This document shows, piece by piece, positions 52,963 to 64,000 of a stretch of DNA of 64,000 nt (positions within the stretch are counted from its first letter, which is position 1; each line of letters starts with the position of its first letter). A program made the translations under genes and the position numbers. The stretch is from assembly GCA_963422735.1 (NCBI GenBank), contig OY730476.1, positions 4,320,001 to 4,384,000 of the forward strand, in the 5' to 3' direction. Under the pieces are notes generated by a model that saw only the letters and a list, made by a program, of their open reading frames with translations, was not told the DNA's origin and did no database searches. The DNA comes from Candidatus Latescibacterota bacterium (GTDB taxonomy: Bacteria; Latescibacterota; UBA2968; UBA8231).

Positions 52963-54075
52963 ATGTCGTTGGCGAAATTCATTCCCCAAGGTACAGCCTT
53001 GCGCTTTATATGCTCACTCGCTCTGTTGGCATTGGCTCTGGGCCATGCCGGCGCTTCCATTGGGGAGTCGCGCCGCACGGCCGTGGTACAGGCCGTGGAG
53101 CGGGTGCAGCCCTCGGTCGTCAGCTTCCACGTACGCTACCACGAGCGGGTCCAGCATCTATATAGGTATCGCGGCGATCCTTTTTGGAACCTTTTCTCGC
53201 CTTTCTACTACATGCCCCAAGACCAAACCGACTCGGGCTTTGTCGTCGATGGCGAGGGCTACATTCTCACCAATAGCCACGTCGTCGTCGATCCGTGCCA
53301 GCTACAGAATATCGCGGCCTCGTTACCCGAGCCCGACGGCCGCACCGTGGCCTCAGACCCCAATTCCGACCTCGCCATCCTCAAGGTAGATGACGGCAAT
53401 ATGCCGGTTGCGCCTCTCGGGACTTCGGACGATATTCTGGTCGGTGAATGGGCCATTGCCCTCGGCAACCCCTTCGATTTGGGGCCCACCGTCAGCATCG
53501 GCGTCGTCAGTGCCCTAGATCGCGACTTTTCCGAACCCCAAGGCGATTACTACTACCGAGACATGATTCAAACCGATGCGGCGATCAATCTCGGCAACAG
53601 CGGCGGCCCCTTGGTCAATGCCGACGGCGAGGTCATTGGCATCAACAGCTTTATTTACACCGTCGGTGATTACTCCCGCGGCTCTATCGGCATTGGCTTC
53701 GCCATTCCCATTGACACGGCCGCGAGCTTCTTGGAGGAAATTCGCCAACACGGCCAAGTGCGCCGCTCTTGGACCGGCATCTTGCCCGTCCAAGGCATCA
53801 CCCCGAACCTAGCGGAGTATCTAAGGCTCGATTGCACCGACGGTGCCTTAGTCGTCAGGGTGGCCCGCACCAGTCCGGCCGAACTGGCAGGCCTCGAAGT
53901 CGGCGACGTGATTGTCGCGATCAACGACGAGGGGATCCGCAATGCCAACGAGGCCATTGGCGCGTTGCGCGGCTTGCGCGTCGGCGAAGTCGCCGCGCTC
54001 GGCGTGGTGCGCCACAATGAGCACTACAACCTAGACCTGACCCTCGAAGAGCATCCCTACCGGACGCGACGTTAG
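52963..54075 (+). CDS. HtrA/DegQ-like serine protease with PDZ domain
   Basis: TNSHVV, DLAILK, GNSGG triad; C-terminal PDZ (SPAELAGL.VGDVI). Confidence 0.88.
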   Translation: MSLAKFIPQGTALRFICSLALLALALGHAGASIGESRRTAVVQAVERVQPSVVSFHVRYHERVQHLYRYRGDPFWNLFSPFYYMPQDQTDSGFVVDGEGYILTNSHVVVDPCQLQNIAASLPEPDGRTVASDPNSDLAILKVDDGNMPVAPLGTSDDILVGEWAIALGNPFDLGPTVSIGVVSALDRDFSEPQGDYYYRDMIQTDAAINLGNSGGPLVNADGEVIGINSFIYTVGDYSRGSIGIGFAIPIDTAASFLEEIRQHGQVRRSWTGILPVQGITPNLAEYLRLDCTDGALVVRVARTSPAELAGLEVGDVIVAINDEGIRNANEAIGALRGLRVGEVAALGVVRHNEHYNLDLTLEEHPYRTRR

Positions 54076-54094
54076 AGGCAGGAAGGATGCGAAA

Positions 54095-54790
54095 ATGAGG
54101 CAGTTCATACCCAACGCGTTCACCATCGGCAACCTATTCTGCGGGTTCCTCGCCCTGCACTACGTCTTTAACGGCAACTATGTGCCAGCCGCTTGGCTCA
54201 TCTTTTTAGGCGCGGTATTCGACAAAATGGACGGCCAACTCGCCCGGGTCATGGGGCGCGACTCCCCGTTTGGGCTGCACTTCGACTCCATCGTCGATGC
54301 CTGCACTTTTGGCATAGTGCCCGCTGCCATCATCTATCAGGCCTACTTGCCAACCGGCTGGGGGCTGGCGCTAGCCTTTGCGTACCTGCTGTGCGGTGCC
54401 ATGCGTCTCGCCCGCTTTAACGCGCTCAGCCTAGAGGGCGAGCGCGACGAATTTTACATGGGGTTGGCCATTCCCACGGCCGCGGTCTGCCTCACCCAAT
54501 ACGTAGTCTTTGTCAAAGCTTGGCCCATCCCCCACGCCACGCCGCTGGCCGTGTTGCTGATTTTAGTGCTGTCCTTCCTGATGGTCAGTCGGCTCGATTA
54601 CGACAGTGTTCCCAACTTTCGCGGCACTTCCCTCAGCGACCGCTTTAAACAGCTTTACTTCGTTACCACGGTCGGGCTGACCGTTTACGACGGCATCTTT
54701 TTCTTTCCCATGGTCCTCGTGTACGTCTTCTCCGGGCCCTGTCGCTGGATCTTCCGGCTTTTGCACGGCGACGTAACGCAACACGCCTGA
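54095..54790 (+). CDS. pssA: CDP-diacylglycerol--serine O-phosphatidyltransferase
   Basis: PNAFT.GN, DKMDGQLAR...G..FDS..D, RLARFN. Confidence 0.88.
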   Translation: MRQFIPNAFTIGNLFCGFLALHYVFNGNYVPAAWLIFLGAVFDKMDGQLARVMGRDSPFGLHFDSIVDACTFGIVPAAIIYQAYLPTGWGLALAFAYLLCGAMRLARFNALSLEGERDEFYMGLAIPTAAVCLTQYVVFVKAWPIPHATPLAVLLILVLSFLMVSRLDYDSVPNFRGTSLSDRFKQLYFVTTVGLTVYDGIFFFPMVLVYVFSGPCRWIFRLLHGDVTQHA

Positions 54791-54796
54791 GTTATC

Positions 54797-55078
54797 ATGC
54801 TGCGCGATAAGCCCCTCAGCCATCTCATCCTCATTCTCTTCACCACGATGATCGGCGCCAACCTCATCGGTGAGATGCTGCGGTTCATCCTCATTGCCCT
54901 AGTTGGCCCGGATACCATTGTCGAACTCGCCCTCTTGCGTTACGTGGAGTATTCCATCGGGCCGCACATGTTCAACCTCATCATTCTGTCCTTTTCGTTC
55001 GAGCTGTCGCTAAAGTTCAACCTAATCACTATGTTGGGACTCTTCGTCGGCTGGTACTACTTCCGCCACAGCTATTGA
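54797..55078 (+). CDS. small membrane protein (DUF4321-like)
   Basis: Hydrophobic 93 aa; conserved operon position. Confidence 0.55.
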   Translation: MLRDKPLSHLILILFTTMIGANLIGEMLRFILIALVGPDTIVELALLRYVEYSIGPHMFNLIILSFSFELSLKFNLITMLGLFVGWYYFRHSY

Positions 55079-55102
55079 AAACATCTTTCGGGATCTAGAG
55101 CC

Positions 55103-55338
55103 ATGTTCGGTATGGGCCACTGGGAAATACTCATCATCTTCGTCGTCATTCTGCTCATCTTCGGCGCCAAGCGCATCCCCGAGATGGCTCAGGGCTTGGG
55201 CAAGGGCATCGCGAGTTCCGCACCGCCATGCGCGACGTGCAGGACGAAATCGAGGCCCCGAAGCAACCTACTCAGCCTACGGCCCCCCCGGCCCAGACCG
55301 AGCCCCAGTCCAACGACAAGGACCAAGCCACCTCCTAA
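55103..55338 (+). CDS. tatA: twin-arginine translocase TatA, 1-nt deletion at ~55210
   Basis: MFGMG..EILII....LLIFGAKRIPEMAQGLGKGI; (R)EFRTAM...DQATS* continues in another frame. Confidence 0.85.
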
Positions 55339-55341
55339 CTC

Positions 55342-56781
55342 ATGGTGCTCAATCAAGCCACTGCCCACGAACTCAGTGCTCGCCTGCAACAAGGGGAAAT
55401 CACCGCCCGCCAGCTAGTCGAGGCCGCGCTCGACCGCATCGGCGAAATCGACGGCCAGATCAACGCCTTCATCAGCGTAGATCCGAAAGGTGCCCTATCG
55501 CATGCCGACGACATTGACCGGCGGCGGGCGACGGGGGCGGCTTTGGGGCCTTTGGCGGGCATTCCCTTGGCCCTCAAGGACATCCTTTGTGTGCGCGGCG
55601 GGCGCACCACCTGTGGCTCGAAAATTCTCGAACACTTCATCGCCCCCTACGATGCCACGGCTGTCGAACGGCTGCGCGCAGCCGACGCCGTCTTCATCGG
55701 CAAGACCAACATGGACGAGTTCGCTATGGGCTCGTCCTGTGAAAGCTCCTATTTCGGCCCCACCTTAAACCCCTGCGACCCCGAGCGGGTGCCGGGTGGT
55801 TCCAGTGGTGGCTCGGCCGCGGCAGTAGCCGCCGACGAAACCATCCTCGCCCTCGGCTCAGACACCGGCGGCTCGGTGCGCCAACCGGCCAGCTACTGCG
55901 GAGTCGTTGGCCTCAAGCCAACCTACGGCCGCGTCTCGCGCTACGGGCTCATAGCTTACGCCTCTTCGCTCGACCAAATCGGCCCCGTGACCAAAGATGT
56001 CGAAGATGCCGCCCTCCTGCTTCAGGCCATCGCCGGGCACGACCCCCGCGACTCGACTTCTAGTGCCGCACCCGTGCCCGACTATCGGGCCGCGCTCAAA
56101 GGGGACATCTGCGGCCTGAAAGTGGGCTTGGCGCGCGAGCATTTTCCCGCCGCACTCGACTCGGAAGTAGCCGGTGCGGCTCAAGATGCAGCCAACGCCC
56201 TTGTGGATGCAGGAGCCGAGCTCGTGGATGTCCAGCTACCTGTAGCCGGCCACCCCGAATACTGCATCAGTACCTATTACATCATTGCCATGGCCGAGGC
56301 ATCGGCCAATCTCGCGCGCTACGACGGCGTCAAATACGGCTATCGCGCCGAGGGCAGCACCGACCTGCAAGAGATGTATTTGCAAACGCGCAGCGAGGGC
56401 TTTGGCACCGAGGTAAAGCGCCGCATCATGCTCGGCGCCTACGCCCTGAGCGCTGGCTACTACGACGCGTACTACCGCAAGGCCCAGCAGGTTCGCACCC
56501 TAATCCGCCAAGACTTTGCCCGCGCTTTTGCCTCCTGCGATGTGCTGCTCTCGCCCGTGGCCCCGACCACCGCCTTCCGCCTCGGCGAACAGCTCGACGA
56601 CCCCTTGCAGATGTACCTCAACGACATCTACACGGCCTCGGTCAATCTCGCCGGGCTTCCGGCCATATCCGTGCCCTTTGTTCATAGCGACTTGCCCATT
56701 GGCGTGCAACTGTTGGCCTCGCCCCTCGAAGAGGCTCGCCTGCTGTGCATAGCCCATGCTCTCGAACGGGCAGCCGCCTGA
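55342..56781 (+). CDS. gatA: Glu/Asp-tRNA amidotransferase subunit A
   Basis: [39 protein letters not shown]. Confidence 0.96.
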   Translation: MVLNQATAHELSARLQQGEITARQLVEAALDRIGEIDGQINAFISVDPKGALSHADDIDRRRATGAALGPLAGIPLALKDILCVRGGRTTCGSKILEHFIAPYDATAVERLRAADAVFIGKTNMDEFAMGSSCESSYFGPTLNPCDPERVPGGSSGGSAAAVAADETILALGSDTGGSVRQPASYCGVVGLKPTYGRVSRYGLIAYASSLDQIGPVTKDVEDAALLLQAIAGHDPRDSTSSAAPVPDYRAALKGDICGLKVGLAREHFPAALDSEVAGAAQDAANALVDAGAELVDVQLPVAGHPEYCISTYYIIAMAEASANLARYDGVKYGYRAEGSTDLQEMYLQTRSEGFGTEVKRRIMLGAYALSAGYYDAYYRKAQQVRTLIRQDFARAFASCDVLLSPVAPTTAFRLGEQLDDPLQMYLNDIYTASVNLAGLPAISVPFVHSDLPIGVQLLASPLEEARLLCIAHALERAAA

Positions 56782-56805
56782 GATAGTACATACCGGAGAT
56801 CAACC

Positions 56806-57732
56806 ATGAGATACTGCGCCTTCGCGGCCTGCATCCTGCTTTCGACCTTGACGCCCGCAACCGCGATCAACCCCAACGCCGGTACCACGGGTTTCAACTT
56901 TCTCAAAATCGGCGTCGGCACCCGCGCTGCCGCACTTGGCGGGGCCTACGCGGCCGTGTCCGGCAACATCGAGGCATCGGCTTGGAATCCCGCCGGGCTT
57001 TTCGGCTTGAGCGAGCGCACAGCCGCCCTCGCCTACAACAGCTATTTTGTCGGTTCCCAGGCCGGTTTCGCCTCCATCGCCGCCCCCAAGGGATCGCGCG
57101 TACACGCTTTGAGCGTCCACTACGTATCCTACGGCGACTTGCTGCACACCGACTTGGAAGGGCGCGATCTGGGAAGCTTCTCGGCGACCGACCTCGCTGC
57201 TTATCTGTCCATCGCCCAACAACTCGGGCCGGACTGGCTGGCCGTCGGTGCCAATCTAAAAGCCGTCTATTCAAATATCGCCGAGTTTTCTTCGGATGCT
57301 TATCTCGCCGATCTCGGCCTCCTCGTCCGCGCCCCGATTGAGGGCACGACCCTCGGTGCTGCAATCGCCAATCTCGGTTTTGTGCGCTCGGGCTACACCG
57401 AGGGCTTCAAGGACGCGCTACCGGTACACATCCGCTTGGGGATGGCCCATCGCCTCGCGCACATGCCGGTGCCCGTGCTCTTGGTGGCTGATTTCAACTT
57501 GCCCAACGACAACAACTCCTACCTAGCCTTCGGCCTCGAGGTCGAACTCGGCGGCGGTCTCTACGTCCGGCCCGGTTACAGCACTCAACAGAGCGGTAGC
57601 CAAGACGAGGAGCCGCTGGGCCTGAGCGCCGGGGCCGGCCTGACCATGAACCGCTCCGCGGTCGATTACGCCTACTCGTCCTCCCCCGATTTAGGCCAAG
57701 TCCATCGGGTCTCGATCATCGGCACCTTTTGA
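56806..57732 (+). CDS. PorV/PorQ-family outer-membrane beta-barrel
   Basis: Signal peptide, FLKIGVGTRAAALGGA, WNPAGL, DYAY, terminal Phe. Confidence 0.8.
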   Translation: MRYCAFAACILLSTLTPATAINPNAGTTGFNFLKIGVGTRAAALGGAYAAVSGNIEASAWNPAGLFGLSERTAALAYNSYFVGSQAGFASIAAPKGSRVHALSVHYVSYGDLLHTDLEGRDLGSFSATDLAAYLSIAQQLGPDWLAVGANLKAVYSNIAEFSSDAYLADLGLLVRAPIEGTTLGAAIANLGFVRSGYTEGFKDALPVHIRLGMAHRLAHMPVPVLLVADFNLPNDNNSYLAFGLEVELGGGLYVRPGYSTQQSGSQDEEPLGLSAGAGLTMNRSAVDYAYSSSPDLGQVHRVSIIGTF

Positions 57733-57740
57733 AATGCGAT

Positions 57741-58655
57741 ATGACTGGCCTCAACTCGGAGCAGCTTGCATTCTTCCACGCCGAGGGCTATGTCCACGTG
57801 CCCGACGCCTTGGCCCCCGAAGACTTGGATCCGGTCCGAGCGGAACTGGAGGGAATCGTCGATCAAGCGGCCCAACGCCTGCTAGCTGCCGGCAAAATAG
57901 AACGCGACTATGCGGAGTTGCCTTTTACAAAACGCCTGATCCCCCTCGCCCAGGCCGACGCCAGCGCCACGGCCGGCATCAATTTCCCCGCCAATTTGGG
58001 GCCTAATATCTTCGCCTTTTTGCACAACCCTCGGCTGCTCGATCTGATCGAATCCCTGATCGGCCCGGAAATCTACGCCAACTCCTGCCAGCACATCCGC
58101 GCCAAAGTCCCAGCCAACGACGCGTACGCCGGCAACTTTTCGCAAAACGAATGGGCGCGCTCCACGGCTTGGCACCAAGATCTAGGCGTGTTGTTGCCCG
58201 AAGCCGACGACACGCTCGTCGTCACCACTTGGATTCCCCTCGTCGATGCCAACGAAGAAAACGGCACTCTGATGATCTATCCCCGCTGCCACCAAGAACC
58301 GCTACGCCGGCACGTGCGCCCGCCTGCCGACCAAGGCGGCAGCTTCACCGTCGCTCCCGAAGAACTGCCGCCTTGGGACCCTGTCGCCATCCCGGTCAAA
58401 CGCGGCGGCCTGATCGCCATCCACTGCCGCACGCCGCACGGCAGCCAGCCCAACCGCTCGGACGCGATCCGCTGGAGCATGGACCTGCGCTGGAACGACG
58501 CCCGCAAGCCCAATGGCCGGCCCCACTTACCCGGCCTCCTCGTCCGCAGCCAAGAGCATCCCGAATTGGTGGTCCACGACCGCGAGGAGTGGCTGACGGC
58601 TTGGAAATTTGCCCGCGTCTCCAGCCGCGGTGCCCGCACCTATCGCTGGATCTGA
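57741..58655 (+). CDS. phytanoyl-CoA dioxygenase (PhyH) family
   Basis: WHQD, WIPLVDA..ENG, H..TPHGS.PN, R.SMDLR. Confidence 0.87.
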   Translation: MTGLNSEQLAFFHAEGYVHVPDALAPEDLDPVRAELEGIVDQAAQRLLAAGKIERDYAELPFTKRLIPLAQADASATAGINFPANLGPNIFAFLHNPRLLDLIESLIGPEIYANSCQHIRAKVPANDAYAGNFSQNEWARSTAWHQDLGVLLPEADDTLVVTTWIPLVDANEENGTLMIYPRCHQEPLRRHVRPPADQGGSFTVAPEELPPWDPVAIPVKRGGLIAIHCRTPHGSQPNRSDAIRWSMDLRWNDARKPNGRPHLPGLLVRSQEHPELVVHDREEWLTAWKFARVSSRGARTYRWI

Positions 58656-58840
58656 GAAACTGGCTGGAAGCTGGTCGTCCCGGAGTAATGGGAGAAGCGT
58701 TACCCGCAGTCTGCACCACTGTGTCTCAAATGGGCCATTGTCGCCGGGTGAAACGATCAACATCCTTCCCATAACTATCTGTTCCTAAAGGAATAACAGT
58801 CTAGCCGACGGCTTGGCCCGCTTTTTGCAAAATCAGGGGC

Positions 58841-61800
58841 ATGGCCCGTCTCCTGCCCCTCGTCCTCCTGCTTGGGTTCGCGTCCCTCGCCGAAGCCACG
58901 GTCGTCATCAGCGAAGTGCTCGCCGATCCGCCTTCGGGTTTAGCCGGCGACGCCAATCGAGATGGCCAGCGCGACACCTATGGAGACGAGTTCGTCGAAC
59001 TGTACAACGCTGGTTCAGCATCCGTCGAGATAGGCGGCTGGCGCTTGGGCGATAGCACCTCGTCGGACAGCTACTTCCAATTCCCAGCTAACGCCGTGAT
59101 CGAATCCGGATCGTATATCGTCCTCTTCGGCGGCGGCACCCCGTCGGGATTCACCGTGCCCGTCTATATCGACGACGGACGCATCGGCAACGGCCTGACC
59201 AACAAGGGCGAGGACATTCGCCTGCTCGACGACACCGGCACGGAGGTTGCAAGTATCTCGCACGACGATTGGCCCAACGACCAATCCCTCGTCCGCAACC
59301 CACCCGATGGAGATGCTTTCGTCCCGCACAAAAGCGTCTCGCCAACCGGAGCCCCTTTTTCCCCCGGACGAGCCACAGACGACGAACCTGAACCTGAGCC
59401 CGAACCTGAGCCCGAACCTGAACCTAAACCTGAACCTAAACCTGAACCTAAACCTGAACCTAAACCTGAACCTACCTACCCCCTCTTCATCAGCGAAGTG
59501 CTCGCCGACCCGCCTTCGGGTTTAGCCGGCGACGCCAACCGAGACGGCCAACGCGACGGATATGAAGACGAATTCGTCGAACTGTACAATGCCGGTTCAG
59601 CATCCGTCGAGATAGGCGGCTGGCGGCTGGGCGACAGCACCTCGTCGGACAGCTACTTCCAATTCCCAGCTAACGCCGTGATTGAACCCGGGTCGTACGT
59701 CGTCCTCTTCGGCGGCGGCACCCCGTCGGGCTTCACCGTGCCCGTCTATACCGACGACGGACGCATCGGCAACGGCCTGACCAACAAGGGCGAGGACATT
59801 CGCCTGCTCGACGACACCGGCACGGAGGTTGCAAGTATCTCGCACGACGATTGGCCCAACGACCAATCCCTCGTCCGCAACCCACCCGATGGCGACGCTT
59901 TCGTCCCGCACAAAAGCGTCTCGCCAACCGGAGCCCCTTTTTCCCCCGGACGAGCCACAGACGACGAACCTGAACCTGAGCCCGAACCTGAGCCCGAACC
60001 TGAGCCCGAACCTGAACCTGAGCCCGAACCTGAACCTGAGCCCGAACCTGAACCTGAACCTGAGCCCGAACCTGAACCTAAACCTGAACCTAAACCTGAA
60101 CCTAAACCTGAACCTAAACCTGAACCTACCTACCCCCTCTTCATCAGCGAAGTGCTCGCCGATCCACCTTCGGGTGCAGCCGGCGACGCCAACCGAGACG
60201 GCCAACGCGACGGATATGAAGACGAATTCGTCGAACTGTACAACGCCGGTTCAGCATCCGTCGATATAGGCGGCTGGCGCTTGGGCGACAGCACCTCGTC
60301 GGACAGCTACTTCCAGTTTCCTGACGCCGCCGTGATTGAACCCGGGTCGTACGTCGTCCTCTTCGGCGGCGGCACCCCGTCGGGATTCACCGTGCCCGTC
60401 TATATCGACGACGGACGCATCGGCAACGGCCTGACCAACAAGGGCGAGGACATTCGCCTGATCGACGACAAGGGCCATGAGATCGATGTCGTCTCGCACG
60501 ACGATTGGCCCAACGACCAATCCCTCGTCCGCAACCCACCCGATGGCGACGCTTTCGTCCCGCACAAAAGTGTCTCGCCAACCGGAGCCCCTTTTTCCCC
60601 CGGACGAGCCACAGACGACGAACCTAAACCTGAACCTGAACCTGAACCTGAACCTAAACCTGAACCTGAACCTAAACCTAAACCTGAACCTGAACCTAAA
60701 CCTGAACCTGAACCTAAACCTGAACCTGAACCTGAACCTGAACCTAAACCTGAACCTGAACCTAAACCTGAACCTGAACCTAAACCTGAACCTGAACCTA
60801 AACCTGAACCTGAACCTGAACCTGAACCTAAACCTGAACCTGAACCTAAACCTGAACCTGAACCTGAACCTGAACCCGACTCTACCTACCCCCTCTTCAT
60901 CAGCGAAGTGCTCGCCGACCCGCCTTCGGGTTTAGCCGGCGACGCCAACCGAGACGGCCAACGCGACGGATATGAAGACGAATTCGTCGAACTGTACAAT
61001 GCCGGTTCAAATCCCATTTTGCTGGCCGGCTGGCGGCTGGGCGACAGCACCTCGTCGGACAGCTACTTCCAATTCCCAGCTAACGCCGTCATTGCTCCCG
61101 GGTCGTACGTCGTCCTCTTCGGCGGCGGCACCCCTTTAGGCTTCACCATGCCCGTCTATACCGACGACGGCAAAATCGGCAACGGCCTGACCAACAAGGG
61201 CGAGGACATTCGCCTGCTCGACGACAAGGGCCACGAGATCGATGTCGTCTCGCACGACGATTGGCCCAGCAAACAGTCCCTCGTCCGCCATCCACCGGAC
61301 GGCGACGCGTTGGTAGCACACCAAGCCGCCTCGACGACCAAGGCCCTCTTTTCGCCCGGCCACACGCACATCATCCCCAAACCGGACTACCCCCTCTTCA
61401 TCAGCGAAGTGCTCGCCGATCCACCTTCGGGTTTAGCCGGCGACGTCAATCGAGATGGTCGGCGCGATACCTATGAAGACGAGTTCATCGAACTCTACAA
61501 CGCCGGCAACAGTCCTATTTCTCTCGCTAGCTGGCGGCTGGGAGACAGCACGGCATTGAAAAACCACTTCCAATTCCCGCCCGACGCGGTCATCGCCCCC
61601 CACTCGTATATCGTCCTCTTCGGCGGCGGCACCCCTTTAGGATTCACTGTGCCCGTCTATACCGACGACGGAAAAATCGGCAACGGCCTGACCAAAAAAG
61701 GCGAGGACATTCGCCTGATCGACAACAATGGCCACGAGATCGATGTCGTCTCGCACGACGATTGGCCCAGCAAACAGTCCCTCGTCCGCACACCAGCGGA

Positions 61801-64000
61801 CGGCGGCGCGTTTGTCCCGCACACGACCACCTCGCCGATTGAGGCCCCCTTTTCACCCGGATACGCCCCAGCAGCGCGGCCTATCATCACCTACCCCCTC
61901 TTCATCAGCGAAGTGCTCGCCGACCCGCCTTCGGGTTTAGCCGGCGACGCCAATCGCGACGGTCGGCCCGACCCGTATGAAGACGAGTTCATCGAACTGT
62001 ACAACGCCGGCCCCGCGCCCATCTCCCTCGCCGGCTGGCGGCTGGGCGACGCTGGGTCCCTAAGCGAGTACTTCCGCTTCCCGCGCAAAGCCGTCATTGC
62101 CCCCCGTTCGTACGTCGTCCTCTTCGGCGGTGGCAACCCCTTGGGGTTCACCGTGCCCGTCTATACCGACGACGGAAAAATCGGCGACGGCCTGAAAAAC
62201 AGCGGCGAGTTTATCCACCTGATCAACGATCATGGCCACGAGGCCGCGTCCCTCTTCCACTCCACTTGGCCAGACGCCCAATCTATCGTCCGTACGCCAC
62301 CGAATGGCGGCGCGTTTGTCTCGCACCAAACCGCCTCGCCGACCAAGGAACCCTTTTCACCCGGATACGCTCCAGAAACGCAGCCCATCATCACCTACGA
62401 TATCTTCATCAGCGAAGTGCTCGCCGATCCCTCCGTAGGACGGGCTGGCGACGCCAATCGCGACGGTCGGCCCGACCCGTATGAAGACGAGTTCATCGAA
62501 CTGTACAACGCCGGCCCCGTGCCCGTCTCCCTCGCCGGCTGGCGGCTGGGCGATGCTGGGTCCCTAAGCGAGTACTTCCGCTTCCCGCGCAAAGCCGTCA
62601 TCGCCCCCCGCTCGTACGTCGTCCTCTTCGGCGGCGGTAACCCGGCGGGGTTCACCGTGCCCGTCTATACCGACGACGGAAAAATCGGCGACGGCCTGAA
62701 AAACAGCGGCGAAGCCATCTACCTAATCGACGGACACGGCGATGAAGTCGCGTTCCTCTCCCACTCCACTTGGCCCGCCGCCCAATCCCTCGTCAGCACT
62801 TCACCTGAGAAAGGAGTGTTTATCCCGCACCAAACCGCCTCTCCGATTGAAGCACCCTTCTCCCCCGGAATCGCCCCAGAAACGCAGACTGAACCAGATA
62901 AGCCCCAAATGCCACCCAAACCCATATATGCCCTCTTTATCAGCGAAGTGCTCGCCGACCCGCCGGCGGGTGCCGCCGGCGACGCCAACCGCGATGGCCA
63001 GCGGCACCCCTATCAAGACGAATTCATCGAACTCTACAACGCGGACTCCGCAGCCGTTGACATAGGCGGCTGGCGATTGGGCGATGCTGCATCGCTATTC
63101 ACGTACTTCCTCTTTCCACCCGATGCCGTCATTGCTCCCGGGTCGTACGTCGTCCTCTTCGGTGGCGGCAACCCCTCCGGGTTCACCGTCCCGGTCTATA
63201 CTGACAACGGAACTATCGGCAACGGACTAACCAACAGCGGCGAGGCCATCTACCTAATCGACGGCACCGGCGATATGGTCGCCAGCGTCTCGCACTCCAC
63301 TTGGCCCGACGGCCAGTCCCTCGTCCGCACGCCAGCAGACGGCGGCGCGTTTGTCCCGCACCAAACCGCCTCCCCGACCAAGGCCCCCTTTTCACCCGGA
63401 CGCGCCCTAGAAACGCCAAAAACGCCCAGCGCTTCATCAACCCACGCCCTCTTTATCAGCGAAGTGCTCGCCGACCCGCCGGCAGGTGCCGCTGGCGACG
63501 CCAATCGCGACGGCCAGCGCAACGGGTACGAAGACGAATTCGTCGAACTCTACAACGCCGGCCAAGATACTCTCACCCTCGCCGGCTGGCGGTTGGGCGA
63601 CAGCACCTCGCCGGACACCTACTTCCGCTTCCCGCCCGACTCCTTCATTGCTCCCGGATCGTACGTCGTCCTCTTCGGCGGCGGCACCCCGGCGGGGTTC
63701 ACCGCACCCGTCTATATCGACGACGGAAAAATCGGCAACGGCCTGACCAACAAGGGCGAGGATATCCACCTGCTCGACGACACTGGCACGGAAATCGCGG
63801 TCGTCTCGCACTCCACTTGGCCCGACGACCAGTCCCTCGTCCGCACGCCACCGGACGGCGGCGCGTTTGTCCCGCACCAAACCGCCTCCCCGACCAAGGC
63901 CCCCTTTTCACCCGGACGCGCCCTAGAACCAGCGTCCGAAGCACCTAAAATAGTATCTGCAATCTCTCTCCAAGTGTGGCCCAACCCCTTCAACGCCAGC
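58841..64000 (+). CDS. large secreted protein with 9 lamin-tail-like domains, Pro-rich linkers and T9SS/FlgD-type tail (3' end beyond window)
   Basis: Not in ORF track. Signal [19 protein letters not shown]; in-frame ISEVLADP...DEF(V/I)ELYN...GWRLGD repeats at 58907, 59489, 60143, 60899, 61400, 61904, 62408, 62939 and 63455; ends VWPNPFNAS. Confidence 0.9.
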   Translation, partial: MARLLPLVLLLGFASLAEATVVISEVLADPPSGLAGDANRDGQRDTYGDEFVELYNAGSASVEIGGWRLGDSTSSDSYFQFPANAVIESGSYIVLFGGGTPSGFTVPVYIDDGRIGNGLTNKGEDIRLLDDTGTEVASISHDDWPNDQSLVRNPPDGDAFVPHKSVSPTGAPFSPGRATDDEPEPEPEPEPEPEPKPEPKPEPKPEPKPEPTYPLFISEVLADPPSGLAGDANRDGQRDGYEDEFVELYNAGSASVEIGGWRLGDSTSSDSYFQFPANAVIEPGSYVVLFGGGTPSGFTVPVYTDDGRIGNGLTNKGEDIRLLDDTGTEVASISHDDWPNDQSLVRNPPDGDAFVPHKSVSPTGAPFSPGRATDDEPEPEPEPEPEPEPEPEPEPEPEPEPEPEPEPEPEPEPKPEPKPEPKPEPKPEPTYPLFISEVLADPPSGAAGDANRDGQRDGYEDEFVELYNAGSASVDIGGWRLGDSTSSDSYFQFPDAAVIEPGSYVVLFGGGTPSGFTVPVYIDDGRIGNGLTNKGEDIRLIDDKGHEIDVVSHDDWPNDQSLVRNPPDGDAFVPHKSVSPTGAPFSPGRATDDEPKPEPEPEPEPKPEPEPKPKPEPEPKPEPEPKPEPEPEPEPKPEPEPKPEPEPKPEPEPKPEPEPEPEPKPEPEPKPEPEPEPEPDSTYPLFISEVLADPPSGLAGDANRDGQRDGYEDEFVELYNAGSNPILLAGWRLGDSTSSDSYFQFPANAVIAPGSYVVLFGGGTPLGFTMPVYTDDGKIGNGLTNKGEDIRLLDDKGHEIDVVSHDDWPSKQSLVRHPPDGDALVAHQAASTTKALFSPGHTHIIPKPDYPLFISEVLADPPSGLAGDVNRDGRRDTYEDEFIELYNAGNSPISLASWRLGDSTALKNHFQFPPDAVIAPHSYIVLFGGGTPLGFTVPVYTDDGKIGNGLTKKGEDIRLIDNNGHEIDVVSHDDWPSKQSLVRTPADGGAFVPHTTTSPIEAPFSPGYAPAARPIITYPLFISEVLADPPSGLAGDANRDGRPDPYEDEFIELYNAGPAPISLAGWRLGDAGSLSEYFRFPRKAVIAPRSYVVLFGGGNPLGFTVPVYTDDGKIGDGLKNSGEFIHLINDHGHEAASLFHSTWPDAQSIVRTPPNGGAFVSHQTASPTKEPFSPGYAPETQPIITYDIFISEVLADPSVGRAGDANRDGRPDPYEDEFIELYNAGPVPVSLAGWRLGDAGSLSEYFRFPRKAVIAPRSYVVLFGGGNPAGFTVPVYTDDGKIGDGLKNSGEAIYLIDGHGDEVAFLSHSTWPAAQSLVSTSPEKGVFIPHQTASPIEAPFSPGIAPETQTEPDKPQMPPKPIYALFISEVLADPPAGAAGDANRDGQRHPYQDEFIELYNADSAAVDIGGWRLGDAASLFTYFLFPPDAVIAPGSYVVLFGGGNPSGFTVPVYTDNGTIGNGLTNSGEAIYLIDGTGDMVASVSHSTWPDGQSLVRTPADGGAFVPHQTASPTKAPFSPGRALETPKTPSASSTHALFISEVLADPPAGAAGDANRDGQRNGYEDEFVELYNAGQDTLTLAGWRLGDSTSPDTYFRFPPDSFIAPGSYVVLFGGGTPAGFTAPVYIDDGKIGNGLTNKGEDIHLLDDTGTEIAVVSHSTWPDDQSLVRTPPDGGAFVPHQTASPTKAPFSPGRALEPASEAPKIVSAISLQVWPNPFNAS
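59384..59473 (+). repeat. coding hexamer microsatellite, 15x (E/K)P
   Basis: GAACCT/AAACCT/GAGCCC units. Confidence 0.95.
59966..60127 (+). repeat. coding hexamer microsatellite, 27x (E/K)P
   Basis: GAACCT/AAACCT/GAGCCC units. Confidence 0.95.
60620..60877 (+). repeat. coding hexamer microsatellite, 43x (E/K)P
   Basis: GAACCT/AAACCT units. Confidence 0.95.

Noticed and set aside
59247-60935. Poly-(LN) and poly-(RF) ORFs in the track
   Set aside because: Alternative frames of the (E/K)P linkers of the long LTD gene.
58907-63900. Diversity-generating retroelement TR/VR pairs
   Set aside because: Repeats are in-frame domain duplications, differences are not visibly adenine-restricted, and no reverse transcriptase is present in the window.

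Overview
GC-rich bacterial chromosomal window; PorV, FlgD/T9SS-type C-terminal tails, DUF6785, PhyH dioxygenases and YWTD/LTD repeat proteins suggest an FCB-group (Latescibacterota/Gemmatimonadota-like) host-associated organism (inference only). 1-21.3 kb (minus strand) holds a complete N-methylglutamate methylamine-utilisation operon (mgsABC-gmaS-mgdABCD) broken twice by co-oriented defence cargo. The first insert is an AT-rich, pseudogenised KpnI-like Type II R-M cassette. The second is a Type I R-M locus in which HsdS carries two N-terminal minimal nucleotidyltransferase (MNT) domains and is flanked by two HEPN-type genes; this is the strongest candidate for an undescribed system (an R-M-coupled HEPN/MNT guard). 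Its hsdM is frameshifted next to palindromic insertions. Heptamer (TTAGTGG/TTAGGGG) inverted arrays fill intergenic gaps of the operon. 21-47 kb is mostly housekeeping (nadK, PPIase, oppDF, lipoate ligase, rnc, fab cluster, rpmF, ndk, rlmI, uvrC, xerD) with scattered gene relics. A dual-OB + 2x DUF488 cassette interrupts an ABC-transporter operon at 48-50 kb. The window ends in a >1,700-aa secreted protein with nine lamin-tail-like domains and expanding (E/K)P linkers, which the ORF track missed. No rRNA, tRNA, CRISPR array or transposase was recognised.
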